A stretch of 64,000 nucleotides of DNA from Ignavibacteriota bacterium. GTDB lineage: Bacteria; Bacteroidota; Ignavibacteria; UBA10030; UBA6906. Below, one piece after another: positions 28,653 to 37,824 of the stretch. A program made the translations under genes and the position numbers. The notes below the pieces were generated by a model. The model had not been told where the DNA came from, did not search any database, and saw nothing but the letters and a program-made list of their open reading frames with translations. The stretch lies in NCBI GenBank assembly GCA_963801355.1, contig CAWDEM010000008.1, positions 992,001-1,056,000 of the forward strand. Reading direction: 5' to 3'. Each line of letters opens with the position of its first letter. Position 1 is the first letter of the stretch.

Positions 28653-30393
28653 GTGAACGGCTCTGATGCATACATGAGATTCCTTCCTTCATTTCAGACA
28701 GGAGCAAAGCTTTTTTCTCTTTGAGACAGGAAGCCTTCTGCTCATTTCCTGGGGGAATTGCGCGGACATGGAACCAGTCCACATCGGCATATCCCGCAGC
28801 TGCAGCCCGGGCAGGTGCCGAACTAAAGAGGCCTACTTTGGCGCCCACCCATACCCCTTCCCTGGCAACAAAGACTTCTCCAATCCGGGCGTAGCTGGCC
28901 CCGTCCAGGCTATAACTGAAGCTACAACGCACTTTGGGGATGATTTCTTCAGGGTTCTCCGGCTTCACATCAACGCGAAACGTCACTGTGGGGCCCTTCA
29001 CGTCCACCGAATCAATAGTCTGCTCGGGGCTCCCCTTGTCGGCTTTCCGGCAGACATTCTGAATCAGCCGGAAGCCATGCCTCGTCTTCTGGATGCCGAC
29101 ATAGGCATAGTCCATCCCGAAGATGATGAGTCCTGCGACCTCCCCCGCTTTCTTTGCGTGGAGGTCCAGGCGGCTGGTTGCGCTGAATGCGGGGGCAGGC
29201 AGTTTTTGGAGCATCAGGGCCGCAACATCCCAGAGATTCCGAGTCGAGTCTGTAAACAGCTGCGAGCGCAAACGCATGCGCCCCTTTTCCAGCGAGTACC
29301 AGTCGCTGTCCGGATTCCCGTTCCATTGCCATTGCATCCCGATAGCGGGGAAATCAAATTCATCGGATGTCTGCGGTTCGTCGCGCGGACCCTTGTAGTC
29401 GACTTTCGGTTTTCCAAACGACTTCACCGGCTCCCCGATGCCGTTCTTATCATAGTCGATTCCGATTACAGGCCAGTCGTCTACCCATCGCATCGGTTCA
29501 AGGTGGATTACCCGTCCATAGGCATAGCGGTCCTGAAAATGCACGAACCAGTCTTCGCCTCCGCGTGTATCCACCCAGGCTCCCTGGTGCGGACCGTTGA
29601 CGTTTGTGCTCCCCTGCTCGAGGACCTTCCTGTCTTCGTACGGCCCGAAGACAGACTTCGACCGCAAGACGGTTTGCCAACCCGGCTTCACTCCCCCTGC
29701 GGGCGCGAATATGTAGTAGTAGCCGTTCCGCTTGTAGAGTTTCGGACCCTCGATTGTGGGATGATTGGCGTGGCCGACGAAGACGACAATCCCGTCGTCG
29801 AGGATGGCAGTCCCTTCCGGGTTCATTTTGTTGATAGCCAGAATGCTCTTGATACCTGCTCTGCTGTTTGCCCAGGCGTGGACAAGATAGGCGGTGCCGT
29901 CGTCATCCCAGAACGGACAGGTATCGATCCACCCCGTGACCTTACGGATGAGCGTGAGAGGTTCCCAGGGTCCGGCGGGGTTCTTTGATTTCGTCATGAA
30001 CACACCGCGGTCGGGATCCCCGAAGTAGATGTAGAACTCCCCATTGTGGAACCGGATTGCCGGTGCCCAGACGCCCATGCCATGTTGCGGTGCATTGAAC
30101 AGCTCGGAGGGATACCGCTGGATGGCATGACCGATGATGCGCCAGTTCACGAGATCGCGTGAATGGAGCACTGGCAGACCCGGGAAGTGCGCAAAGCTCG
30201 AAGCGGTCAGATAGAAATCATCGCCAACGCGGATCGCATCGGGGTCGGAATAATCGGCATACAGCACAGGGTTAGAGTAGGTACCGTCTCCGTTGTCAGC
30301 GTGCCACACCAGACTGTCCGGCGGCGTTGTATCCGGCAGCCCGCCGGCGGCACCGCAAACAGCAATGGCGGCCGCGCTGACTGCGACCGCCAT
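28600..30393 (-). CDS. Glycoside hydrolase family 43
   Basis: NPVL.ADYSDPD, WAPAIR, IDTCPFWDDDG, IEGPK, PHQG, WQW.GNP C-terminal beta-sandwich; both ends possibly affected by indels. Confidence 0.92.
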   Translation of the reverse strand: MAVAVSAAAIAVCGAAGGLPDTTPPDSLVWHADNGDGTYSNPVLYADYSDPDAIRVGDDFYLTASSFAHFPGLPVLHSRDLVNWRIIGHAIQRYPSELFNAPQHGMGVWAPAIRFHNGEFYIYFGDPDRGVFMTKSKNPAGPWEPLTLIRKVTGWIDTCPFWDDDGTAYLVHAWANSRAGIKSILAINKMNPEGTAILDDGIVVFVGHANHPTIEGPKLYKRNGYYYIFAPAGGVKPGWQTVLRSKSVFGPYEDRKVLEQGSTNVNGPHQGAWVDTRGGEDWFVHFQDRYAYGRVIHLEPMRWVDDWPVIGIDYDKNGIGEPVKSFGKPKVDYKGPRDEPQTSDEFDFPAIGMQWQWNGNPDSDWYSLEKGRMRLRSQLFTDSTRNLWDVAALMLQKLPAPAFSATSRLDLHAKKAGEVAGLIIFGMDYAYVGIQKTRHGFRLIQNVCRKADKGSPEQTIDSVDVKGPTVTFRVDVKPENPEEIIPKVRCSFSYSLDGASYARIGEVFVAREGVWVGAKVGLFSSAPARAAAAGYADVDWFHVRAIPPGNEQKASCLKEKKALLLSEMKEGISCMHQSRSRDWTSCPDLCERIRRSH

Positions 30394-30435
30394 GACAGAA
30401 ATGGATGAACCGGTGCATGATGATACACCAGCTCG

Positions 30436-31370
30436 CTATTTCTGCAAAACCATTTTCAGTGTTCGCGAGAAGTTTCCGGCTTCGATCTTGTAGAAGTAGA
30501 CGCCCGACGGCATGCCGGTGGCGTTCCACGTTGCACTATGTATGCCTGCTTCCCGGAACCCGTTCACGAGCGTTGCGACTTCCATTCCGAGCAGATTGTA
30601 CACACCAAGTTTCACATTGCCGGCCTGCGGCAGTTGATAGCTGATCCCGGTCGTCGGGTTAAACGGGTTGGGATAGTTTTGCCCGAGTGCATACGTCGAG
30701 GGGATATGGTGGACCTGGTCGTCCACGGCGGTGGATGACGTTGTCGTTCCGCTGATTACAGCAAGCTGAGAGTAGACATACTTCGAAGTTGACGCCGCGC
30801 CGTTGTACCACGGGTAGATGCGGAAATACAGGGTCTCTGCCGGCGTTCACGGTCTTCTTGCATGGCATATGCGTACCGTTTCGCCCCGACGTTTGTCGCA
30901 TGGGGGAGGTTGATTGCCGTATCGGAGTTCAGAATGGTCTTCGCGACAAATGTCGGATCGGTTGAGAAGTAGAAATTCGATCCACATGTTGCCAGTGCCG
31001 CCGCCGGCTGACCAGAAACTGATTGAATCGGAAGTAAATGTGTTTCCCGGTTTGGGCGATGACAGCAAGCTGAATGTAGCGATCGGCGACTTCGGTGGTT
31101 TCCGGTCCCCAGGAGACGCCGGTTCCCGGCCACCACCTCATAAATGTACCGAGTGGACCGGCATTCGCCCCCGGTGTAATCACGGATGAAGAATGTCGAA
31201 CCTGAAATCGTGTCGGCCGTCAGCTGGCCGACGATCGTGGATGGCCTGACGCTGTCGGGGGCGACAAGATTCCATGTGACCGATGCTGGCTGCTGCCCGA
31301 ACGCGATGACCGGGAATATGCCCACGAGAATTGCGAGTGCTAAGAGAAGACGGGGTAATCGGGTTTTCAT
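30436..31370 (-). pseudogene. Exported single-domain protein + T9SS CTD, broken by several frameshifts (errors or decay)
   Basis: Signal peptide at 31370; fragments in successive frames reassemble into a homolog of the PL1 N-terminal domain (AGGGT, RIYPWYN..STSKY); QNYPNPFNPTT CTD ends 30436. Confidence 0.7.
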
Positions 31371-31507
31371 GGTCGCTCCTTACATGTGAATATGACGATC
31401 TGATGTGTCTTTTTGATTAACGTTGACTTTACCGTTGACTTCGAAGACGCTATTCCCGCGCAAGCCGGGGGCTCCGTTGTCAAGGGCAAGGCCAGGAGGA
31501 ATGATAA

Positions 31508-31536
31508 ATAATAAAGGTTTGCCCGGAAAGAGTCAA
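31508..31536 (-). promoter_or_regulatory. Sigma70-type promoter at head of the pectin locus
   Basis: Minus strand TTGACT-N17-TATTAT. Confidence 0.6.
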
Positions 31537-31564
31537 GAAAAACGACGAGCAGGGGGGCATTTGG

Positions 31565-31646
31565 TGAGGCGAAGCCTGACTTTTTCCATGGCAACGAGTG
31601 GGTCACCCCCCATCCCCGCAGGGCTGGGGCCAAGGGGTCTAACCCT
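31565..31646. repeat. TGAGGCGAAGCCTG-headed repeat plus degenerate GGGGTC..ACCC doublet
   Basis: TGAGGCGAAGCCTGACTTTTTCC identical to 34017; GGGTCACCCCC and GGGGTCTAACCC nearby. Confidence 0.6.
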
Positions 31647-31669
31647 TATCCTTGAACCTCCTGCATATC

Positions 31670-33301
31670 TTACCGCAGGATCATGAGGCGCTTTGTTTCC
31701 ACACAGCCATCCACCTGCAACCGGTAGATGTACGAACCACTGGAGAGTCCGGTCCCGTCAAACGTGACCGCATAATCCCCAGGCGGTCTCCGATCATCCA
31801 CCAGGACCGCCACCTCCCGGCCGAGCATGTCGTAGACGCAGATCCGCACCCACCTATTGCCTATTGCCTCGTGCCTACTGCCTGTTCCCGGTACTGTGTA
31901 GCCTATCGTCGTACCCGGATTGAAAGGGTTCGGATAGTTCTGGGCAAGGCTGAACGCGACCGGCATCTCCGTGACGGGGTTGTGTTCGACACCGGTCACG
32001 GTGCACGGCAGACTCAACTCAGAGGTGTTTCCCAATGAATCGGTGGCTGTGGCAGTCACATATTTTCTGACGATAGGTTTCGTCAGCGGAAAGACAAACG
32101 CACCTGAGGCATTTGCTTTTGTGCTGCCGCACACGTCTCTCCCCTGCGAAGAGTCATCGGCAAAAATCTCCACGGTATTCCCGGGCCCAGCCGTGCCTGT
32201 TATCGTACCTGAGTTCACAGATTGGATCGCGGGTGGTGGCAGCCCACCGTTACCGCCGAAGGCATTTTCGATCCCTTTTTGGCTGATGCGGGAAATCATG
32301 TTCATGGTCAGCGTATTTTGAACGCACCCGCTGCCGAGCACAAGTATCCCGGCGCGATCGCAGTTGCCGATGGAATTCCAGGCCACGGTATTCTGCCGCG
32401 CATAGTAGTCAAAGAGAATTCCGTTGTTGAAGATCCCCAGATTGTGGTTCCACGCCGTATCCGTTCCGATGCCGTTCTTGCCGATGTACACATGCGTAGA
32501 GTTTTCGATGTATATTCCCGTTCTCCTGCCGCCAACCAGATTCTCAGAAATTTCCACGCTGTCGCACCCAGTCTGAATGGCGATGCCGGAAGTGAAGTTG
32601 CTGAGCGTGTCTGTACCGGCGCGATTCACGCCGATCCGGTTTCCACTAATCGAAATTCTTCTGCACGAGTCCACTGCAAACACGCCGCATTGGTTTCCTG
32701 AGATGAGGTTGCCGAACCGCGGGTCGCCCGACTGGCCTACAACGATGTTGCGCGAGTTCAGTTGAATCCAGACCCCATAATGGTTCCCTGCGACGGCGAG
32801 CCCGTCACTTGTTGTCCCGAGATAGCAGCCGAGAACTTTTCCTCCGCTGGCGCCCTGGAACATGATTGCCGACGACTTACATTTGTTGATAGTAAGACCA
32901 TGCACGACCACTTCCGAACCCATGATAGTCAGACAAGGATTGTCCGGCAAGTCTTCTCCGTCTATTAAGATCTCGGGTCCTTCCGGATTCGGGTCGCCGC
33001 CAATGAACATTCTTTGTGAAGTCCCGTCAATCACCAGGCCGGCATCCGTAATGACATCGAATTCTGTTTGGGGACGGATTCTCCACGTCCCTTGTGATGC
33101 GTCATAACCGGGATCGCCGGTAGGAATCGCGAAGCGGATGGAATCAGGACCCGGACCGTTGGCCCGGGAAATCATTGCTCTCAACGACGCAGCGCCGGTG
33201 TCCGCTGTGGTGGTAACAACGAGGACGTTGCTGCGGGATACAGTGACAATGCAGGCGCATAGGATGGGTGCGAGAGATAGACATTGTCGCAAGATTTTCA
33301 T
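31670..33301 (-). CDS. Right-handed parallel beta-helix protein with Ig-like domain and T9SS CTD
   Basis: VVTTTADTGAASLR, N.ISGN..G repeats, GNRIG, ATATD..GNTSELS, QNYPNPFNP; AAGGAG RBS. Confidence 0.85.
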   Translation of the reverse strand: MKILRQCLSLAPILCACIVTVSRSNVLVVTTTADTGAASLRAMISRANGPGPDSIRFAIPTGDPGYDASQGTWRIRPQTEFDVITDAGLVIDGTSQRMFIGGDPNPEGPEILIDGEDLPDNPCLTIMGSEVVVHGLTINKCKSSAIMFQGASGGKVLGCYLGTTSDGLAVAGNHYGVWIQLNSRNIVVGQSGDPRFGNLISGNQCGVFAVDSCRRISISGNRIGVNRAGTDTLSNFTSGIAIQTGCDSVEISENLVGGRRTGIYIENSTHVYIGKNGIGTDTAWNHNLGIFNNGILFDYYARQNTVAWNSIGNCDRAGILVLGSGCVQNTLTMNMISRISQKGIENAFGGNGGLPPPAIQSVNSGTITGTAGPGNTVEIFADDSSQGRDVCGSTKANASGAFVFPLTKPIVRKYVTATATDSLGNTSELSLPCTVTGVEHNPVTEMPVAFSLAQNYPNPFNPGTTIGYTVPGTGSRHEAIGNRWVRICVYDMLGREVAVLVDDRRPPGDYAVTFDGTGLSSGSYIYRLQVDGCVETKRLMILR

Positions 33302-33318
33302 GGCCCACTCCTTCACAT

Positions 33319-33383
33319 GAGGCGAAGCCTGGCTTTTCCCCCAGGCTTTTTTTCCAGACTCTATTCTCAGGCTTCGTTCCCGA
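33319..33383. repeat. TGAGGCGAAGCCTG head + 13-bp degenerate tandem units
   Basis: CCTGGCTTTTCCC/CCAGGCTTTTTTT/CCAGACTCTATTC/TCAGGCTTCGTTC. Confidence 0.7.
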
Positions 33384-33392
33384 CGACCTTGT

Positions 33393-33458
33393 GGGGTCAG
33401 ACCCGTACCAATTGTCAATGGACTATTGACAATCATCAACCGGTGGGGGTCTGACCCC
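33393..33458. repeat. 66-bp palindromic element, copy 1
   Basis: GGGGTCAGACCC-GTACCAATTGTCAATGGACTATTGACAATCATCAACCGGTG-GGGGTCTGACCCC. Confidence 0.9.
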
Positions 33459-33495
33459 TTTACCTCTACGCCCAGGAGAAATGGGGTTGTTCACC

Positions 33496-33969
33496 CTACT
33501 TTGACGTCTGTCCGCCGTGATCGCCGATCATCACCCACTTGTTCCCCTGTTTCTTCAGGATGTCAGTCCACCGACCGGACGAAGATTTCTCTTTGCCGTC
33601 AAGATCTTTGGTCACACTGGTGTAATAATAGTCGACAAAGGCGACCTCCCCGTGGATCTTGATTGCGACAGGTTTTAGGTCAAAATACACTACTGGCCGG
33701 GTTTTCCAGCCGCTCTGCTCGAGATACTTCTTGGTGTCAGCTTTGTCCTGCGGCATGGGTGAGTCATACTCCCAACCGCAATAATCGCTGTGGAAGTACT
33801 CCAGGAATCCTTCGACATTCCTTGCGACGGCTAATGCGTTATACGCTTCGACGTTCTTCCACACCTCCTTCTGCGCTGCGGACCACTCTTGCGCGTAAAG
33901 CTGCGTTGAGACAAGCAGACAGGCGCACAGCACCACCAACGGGACAGCAACAGCTGCAATTCGTTTCAT
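33496..33969 (-). CDS. Exported NTF2-like (DUF4440/SnoaL-like) protein
   Basis: Signal peptide; GRWTDIL.KQG.KW..IGDHG C-terminal motif; AGGAGG RBS. Confidence 0.85.
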   Translation of the reverse strand: MKRIAAVAVPLVVLCACLLVSTQLYAQEWSAAQKEVWKNVEAYNALAVARNVEGFLEYFHSDYCGWEYDSPMPQDKADTKKYLEQSGWKTRPVVYFDLKPVAIKIHGEVAFVDYYYTSVTKDLDGKEKSSSGRWTDILKKQGNKWVMIGDHGGQTSK

Positions 33970-34016
33970 GGTGTTCCTCCTTGTTGTGTGATTTGTGGAT
34001 TTGAAGGTCTACCGCC

Positions 34017-34072
34017 TGAGGCGAAGCCTGACTTTTTCCCCAGACTTTGTTCTCAGGCTTTGTTCCTAGACC
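34017..34072. repeat. TGAGGCGAAGCCTG head + 13-bp degenerate tandem units
   Basis: CCTGACTTTTTCC/CCAGACTTTGTTC/TCAGGCTTTGTTC, abutting stop codon at 34073. Confidence 0.75.
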
Positions 34073-37000
34073 TCACCGCAAAAGCAAAAGCTTTTTCGTT
34101 TCCACACGGCCATTCGCCTGCAGACGGTAGAAATACGAGCCACTGGAGAGCTTGGAGCCGTCAAACGTGACCGTGTATTCCCCTGCCGGCCGCAGGTCGT
34201 TCACCAGCACCGCCACCTCCCGACCGAGCAGGTCGTACACGACGAGGCTTGCTGTCCTGGATCGCACCCCCCCACCACCAGACGCTGTCCTGTCGCCCCC
34301 AATGCTGAACCTAATAGTGGTGACCGGATTGAACGGGTTCGGGTAGTTTTGGCCGAGCCCGAACTCAGCCGGCAGAGGTTCCCCATTCTCTTCACCAATC
34401 CCTGTGACGACATACGGAGTGCTGAACGGCGAGGTATTGTTCGTCGTCTCACCCGCCGTTGTGTCGACCGCCACTGCTGTGACATGGGGACCCTTCACCG
34501 TCCCGCTCCAGGAAAACTTGCCCAGGGCGTCCGCAAAGGCCAGGCCACAATACTCCTCTCCTTCGTTACCGGGGTCATTATAGATGAACAGAACGCTCTT
34601 TGGCGCCGCAGTTCCCTTCACTTCGGTCGCACTTACCTCGGTAATGACCGGTGCCGACTTGCCGTGATTGCCGCCGTTTTCAAGGATGATTCCCCCTTCG
34701 GCATTGTGGGCAATACTCCCTGCTGCTATAAGATTCCTCACCGTTCCTTCCCCGCTCACACGGACGCCGGCCATGCCGTTGTTCCGTATGACGACGTACG
34801 ACGGATAGGCGAACCCGGAGATCGAGTTGTCCCTCGATCCGCCAACGATCCGAACGCCATCCGCGGCGTTACCCAGCTTTAGTTTGTGCGAAAAATCTGT
34901 GCCGATGCAGTTCACACTGACCACGTTGAACCCGGAGGTATCAGAGATCAGAATCCCCGAAGCACCGTTTCCGCCAATGATGTTCGCAGAAGCAGTATCC
35001 AGAAATCCGATGAAGTTCAGCGAGGAGCCTGAAATCCTGATGCCAGCCAGCTGGTTTCCTTTACTTGTCCTGGCATCGGGAGTGACACCTATGTAGCAAC
35101 CGGCAATCAGGTTCGCGCCAATGGGGATTTCGGAAATAAGGATTCCATTGCCGCCAAACCCGTCGATCGTCAGTCCATTCACCGTGTTCCAGGCTGATTT
35201 GATGGTGAATCCATTGGACCTGGATCCGGCAGTCCCTCCGTCGATTTCAACTTCCGGTCCAAATGGATTGGTATCGCCCGCAAAAAGCTGTTGGCTGGGA
35301 CCATCGAGATACGTCCCGCCATCGGTGATGTCGGGAAGAGCAGAGGTCGGCTTGATTGACCAGACGCCTGTGCTGGTCTTGTACCCTGGATCGGTTTTCG
35401 GGATGGCAAAAGAGATGCCATCCTGTCCGATGTGGGAGTTTGCGTCGAGAATCGCCTGCCGGAGCGAACCGGGACCGCTGTCGTTGGTGTTCGTGACAAC
35501 GAGACCCACCACCGCCGGAGTCATCACGGCGAAGATCGAGAGGTGTGTGGTGATGCCATACACACGATTCGTGCTCGTGTCACGCGAGCTCGTAATGTCA
35601 GACCAGGAAGAAGTCCCTGTATCGAATACCCGCAGGGTTGTTTGCACCTCCTCTTCGGGAGAAAGTCCGCTCCCATCGTATTGCAGGGAGACCTCCACGT
35701 TGCCTGTAAATGATGCCGTCGTCGTGATCTCCACAGAACTCCCTCCGAGGGAAAGCGCAAGCGCGGTCATACCGTTGGGAGCGGTGGGGACCGTGTTGGA
35801 AGGGTTGAAGGTCGTCATACCGGTAGCCGTGACCTTGTCGAATTTCAGCTTGGCGTTGCCGCTGTAGTCAACCTGGACGCCGGTTCCTATGGTTGTAGTG
35901 AATGACTCCAGAGCCGAGTAGTACGCGCCGTAGATATCGCGATCCGTGCTCGCGCTGTCGCGTGAATCGCTCCAGACAACGAGTGACGTCGGGTCTTTGG
36001 TGCTAGCTGCGATGGCGGGTTCATGCGGGTTCTCCTTCCCGGTGGTAGAGGAAAGGACGATGTTGGTGGGATTTGTCGAATAGGAGACGCCAGTGTAGCC
36101 CCGGATGTGGTTGACCGTGGCGTCATTGCCGGGAGCAGTACCCGGCGTCTCGCGCCAGACGACCTGAAACTTCTTCGCGACAGCATTGAACGTCGCGGCC
36201 GGTTTCCACGTCGGAACTGTGGAGGCAACCACCCAGTGATCGAAGTAGCGGCTGAGAACCGGGAAGGTCTTGTCTTGGACCTGCTCACTCTTGGAGTAGT
36301 GAAGGTTATCCGCATCGACATATCCCCCCCACACAGCCCCTTTCCAGCTGTTTTTCTCCGCGGTTTTGATGTCGTCGGACCAAACGATCAGGAACCTCCT
36401 TTGCGCCACCGGGGGCGGAGATACTTCGCCATACGCAACATCCATGTTATATCTCGTACCGCTGCCATTCATGTAGAAGTGAATCTCTGGCCAGGGGAGC
36501 TCAGTCGGGCCGCCATACATCGTGTTGATAGCTTTCCCATCACTGTCGAGCATGATGGGGGCGATACCCCACGTAAGCCATTTGACGACAAGGTAGCGTC
36601 CGAGTGGAGTCTCTGCCGTCGCGATGGGTGCATAGGCTGCCACAAAACCGCCGTAGGCGTGGAGAGATGCTTTCGTGAGATTCTCTTTTGGCGCGAGCGG
36701 CTGCCCGTCGGTGCCGATTTTGCGGGAGTACAAATCATTGCCCGCACCGAGCAAGAGGTAGTTGCCGGCAAGGGAGTTGTATAAAATCTTCGGCTGTGCT
36801 GCCATCGTCATGAGAAGAATCGGATCTCCAATTGTGGCGCCTGCTGCACTCACCCTCCGTCCGTAGATCGAAGAGTCGGGAAGAATGCCGGTCGCGTAGA
36901 CCACGAGGAACTCGTTTTGTGCCGCGTTGTATGCCACTGAAACACGAGAGTCGGTGAAAGCATACTTGACGATTTCGATGGCTCCGGCGACAGCAGCACC

Positions 37001-37225
37001 AGTTGCGTTGACGCGCCGGGCCATCACCGCGGTGAGTCCTACTCCGGTCCCTTGGTGCCATACAACAAGGTACTGGTCGGTCTGAGCGTTGTAGGCGACA
37101 GCGGGAGTGTGGTCGGGTTTGGCGGCGCTATATATCTGGAAATCGGCCGCGGCAGCAGGTGATGCGACAAACCACAGGAACAGCACTAGGCACAGTGCCC
37201 GACGGAGTATAGTAAGCATGTTCAT
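34073..37225 (-). CDS. Large exported protein: beta-propeller-like N-terminus, beta-helix domain, T9SS CTD
   Basis: P.VAYN....YLVVW repeats; VVTNTNDSGPGSLRQAI; paralogous to 31670-33301; QNYPNPFNP; GGAGG RBS. Confidence 0.85.
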   Translation of the reverse strand: MNMLTILRRALCLVLFLWFVASPAAAADFQIYSAAKPDHTPAVAYNAQTDQYLVVWHQGTGVGLTAVMARRVNATGAAVAGAIEIVKYAFTDSRVSVAYNAAQNEFLVVYATGILPDSSIYGRRVSAAGATIGDPILLMTMAAQPKILYNSLAGNYLLLGAGNDLYSRKIGTDGQPLAPKENLTKASLHAYGGFVAAYAPIATAETPLGRYLVVKWLTWGIAPIMLDSDGKAINTMYGGPTELPWPEIHFYMNGSGTRYNMDVAYGEVSPPPVAQRRFLIVWSDDIKTAEKNSWKGAVWGGYVDADNLHYSKSEQVQDKTFPVLSRYFDHWVVASTVPTWKPAATFNAVAKKFQVVWRETPGTAPGNDATVNHIRGYTGVSYSTNPTNIVLSSTTGKENPHEPAIAASTKDPTSLVVWSDSRDSASTDRDIYGAYYSALESFTTTIGTGVQVDYSGNAKLKFDKVTATGMTTFNPSNTVPTAPNGMTALALSLGGSSVEITTTASFTGNVEVSLQYDGSGLSPEEEVQTTLRVFDTGTSSWSDITSSRDTSTNRVYGITTHLSIFAVMTPAVVGLVVTNTNDSGPGSLRQAILDANSHIGQDGISFAIPKTDPGYKTSTGVWSIKPTSALPDITDGGTYLDGPSQQLFAGDTNPFGPEVEIDGGTAGSRSNGFTIKSAWNTVNGLTIDGFGGNGILISEIPIGANLIAGCYIGVTPDARTSKGNQLAGIRISGSSLNFIGFLDTASANIIGGNGASGILISDTSGFNVVSVNCIGTDFSHKLKLGNAADGVRIVGGSRDNSISGFAYPSYVVIRNNGMAGVRVSGEGTVRNLIAAGSIAHNAEGGIILENGGNHGKSAPVITEVSATEVKGTAAPKSVLFIYNDPGNEGEEYCGLAFADALGKFSWSGTVKGPHVTAVAVDTTAGETTNNTSPFSTPYVVTGIGEENGEPLPAEFGLGQNYPNPFNPVTTIRFSIGGDRTASGGGGVRSRTASLVVYDLLGREVAVLVNDLRPAGEYTVTFDGSKLSSGSYFYRLQANGRVETKKLLLLR

Positions 37226-37456
37226 TGGACCTCCCCGCGTGTGATTATTTCCTGATATGATATCCATGATGAGCCTTCAGAACCTTTTCAAGACGAGCGA
37301 CTCAGTGGAGTTTCTTGCGTTCCGGCGGTTTTGGAGACCATGCAACTTCGATTCGCATGCAACTTCGCCTCGTTGCTTCTCGTTGATGCATTCTGTACCA
37401 TTGGGCATTCAGCGGCATTGGGAGTTTTAGCCGGGAGCCCGACTGCGAGCGTGTAT

Positions 37457-37738
37457 TCATTCAAGCTCTCTGAGATGCGATAGCCGGCACCTGTACAGGC
37501 AGTCCAGACACACCAGCGTCCCCGGTTGAAACGAGTCACCGGGGCAACCGCTCAAGCATGCGAACCACTCGCGCAGTCTCAGTTGATTGACTCTCCCAAT
37601 TCGTGCTGCAGCTGCCATGGAAATGAGTTCTTTTTCTCCTTGACAGACGGCACAGAGACGCCCCGTTAGCCGGTAGTGCCGTTTCGTCATGGTGCGATGG
37701 GCGTGAATCAGCAGTATTTCTTCAATAACAGGCGACAT
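37457..37738 (-). CDS. Small Cys-rich protein with putative HTH (CxxC...AAA....LREW...CxxC)
   Basis: GGAAGG RBS before ATG 37738; CAVC and CLDC motifs around a helix-turn-helix-like segment; divergent from wHTH-TPR gene. Confidence 0.55.
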   Translation of the reverse strand: MSPVIEEILLIHAHRTMTKRHYRLTGRLCAVCQGEKELISMAAAARIGRVNQLRLREWFACLSGCPGDSFQPGTLVCLDCLYRCRLSHLRELE

Positions 37739-37824
37739 TTGGGGGCCTTCCATGGGACACGGCAAAGGAAGGCAAAACATGCGGGAAACCCCTGACAAAA
37801 CCGTGAAATTGTTGTGAAAAGACA

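Noticed and set aside
37302-37460. 52-aa ORF coupled (ATGA) to the small Cys-rich gene, with a CATGCAACTTCG direct repeat
   Set aside because: No recognisable motif or independent support; cannot distinguish from chance
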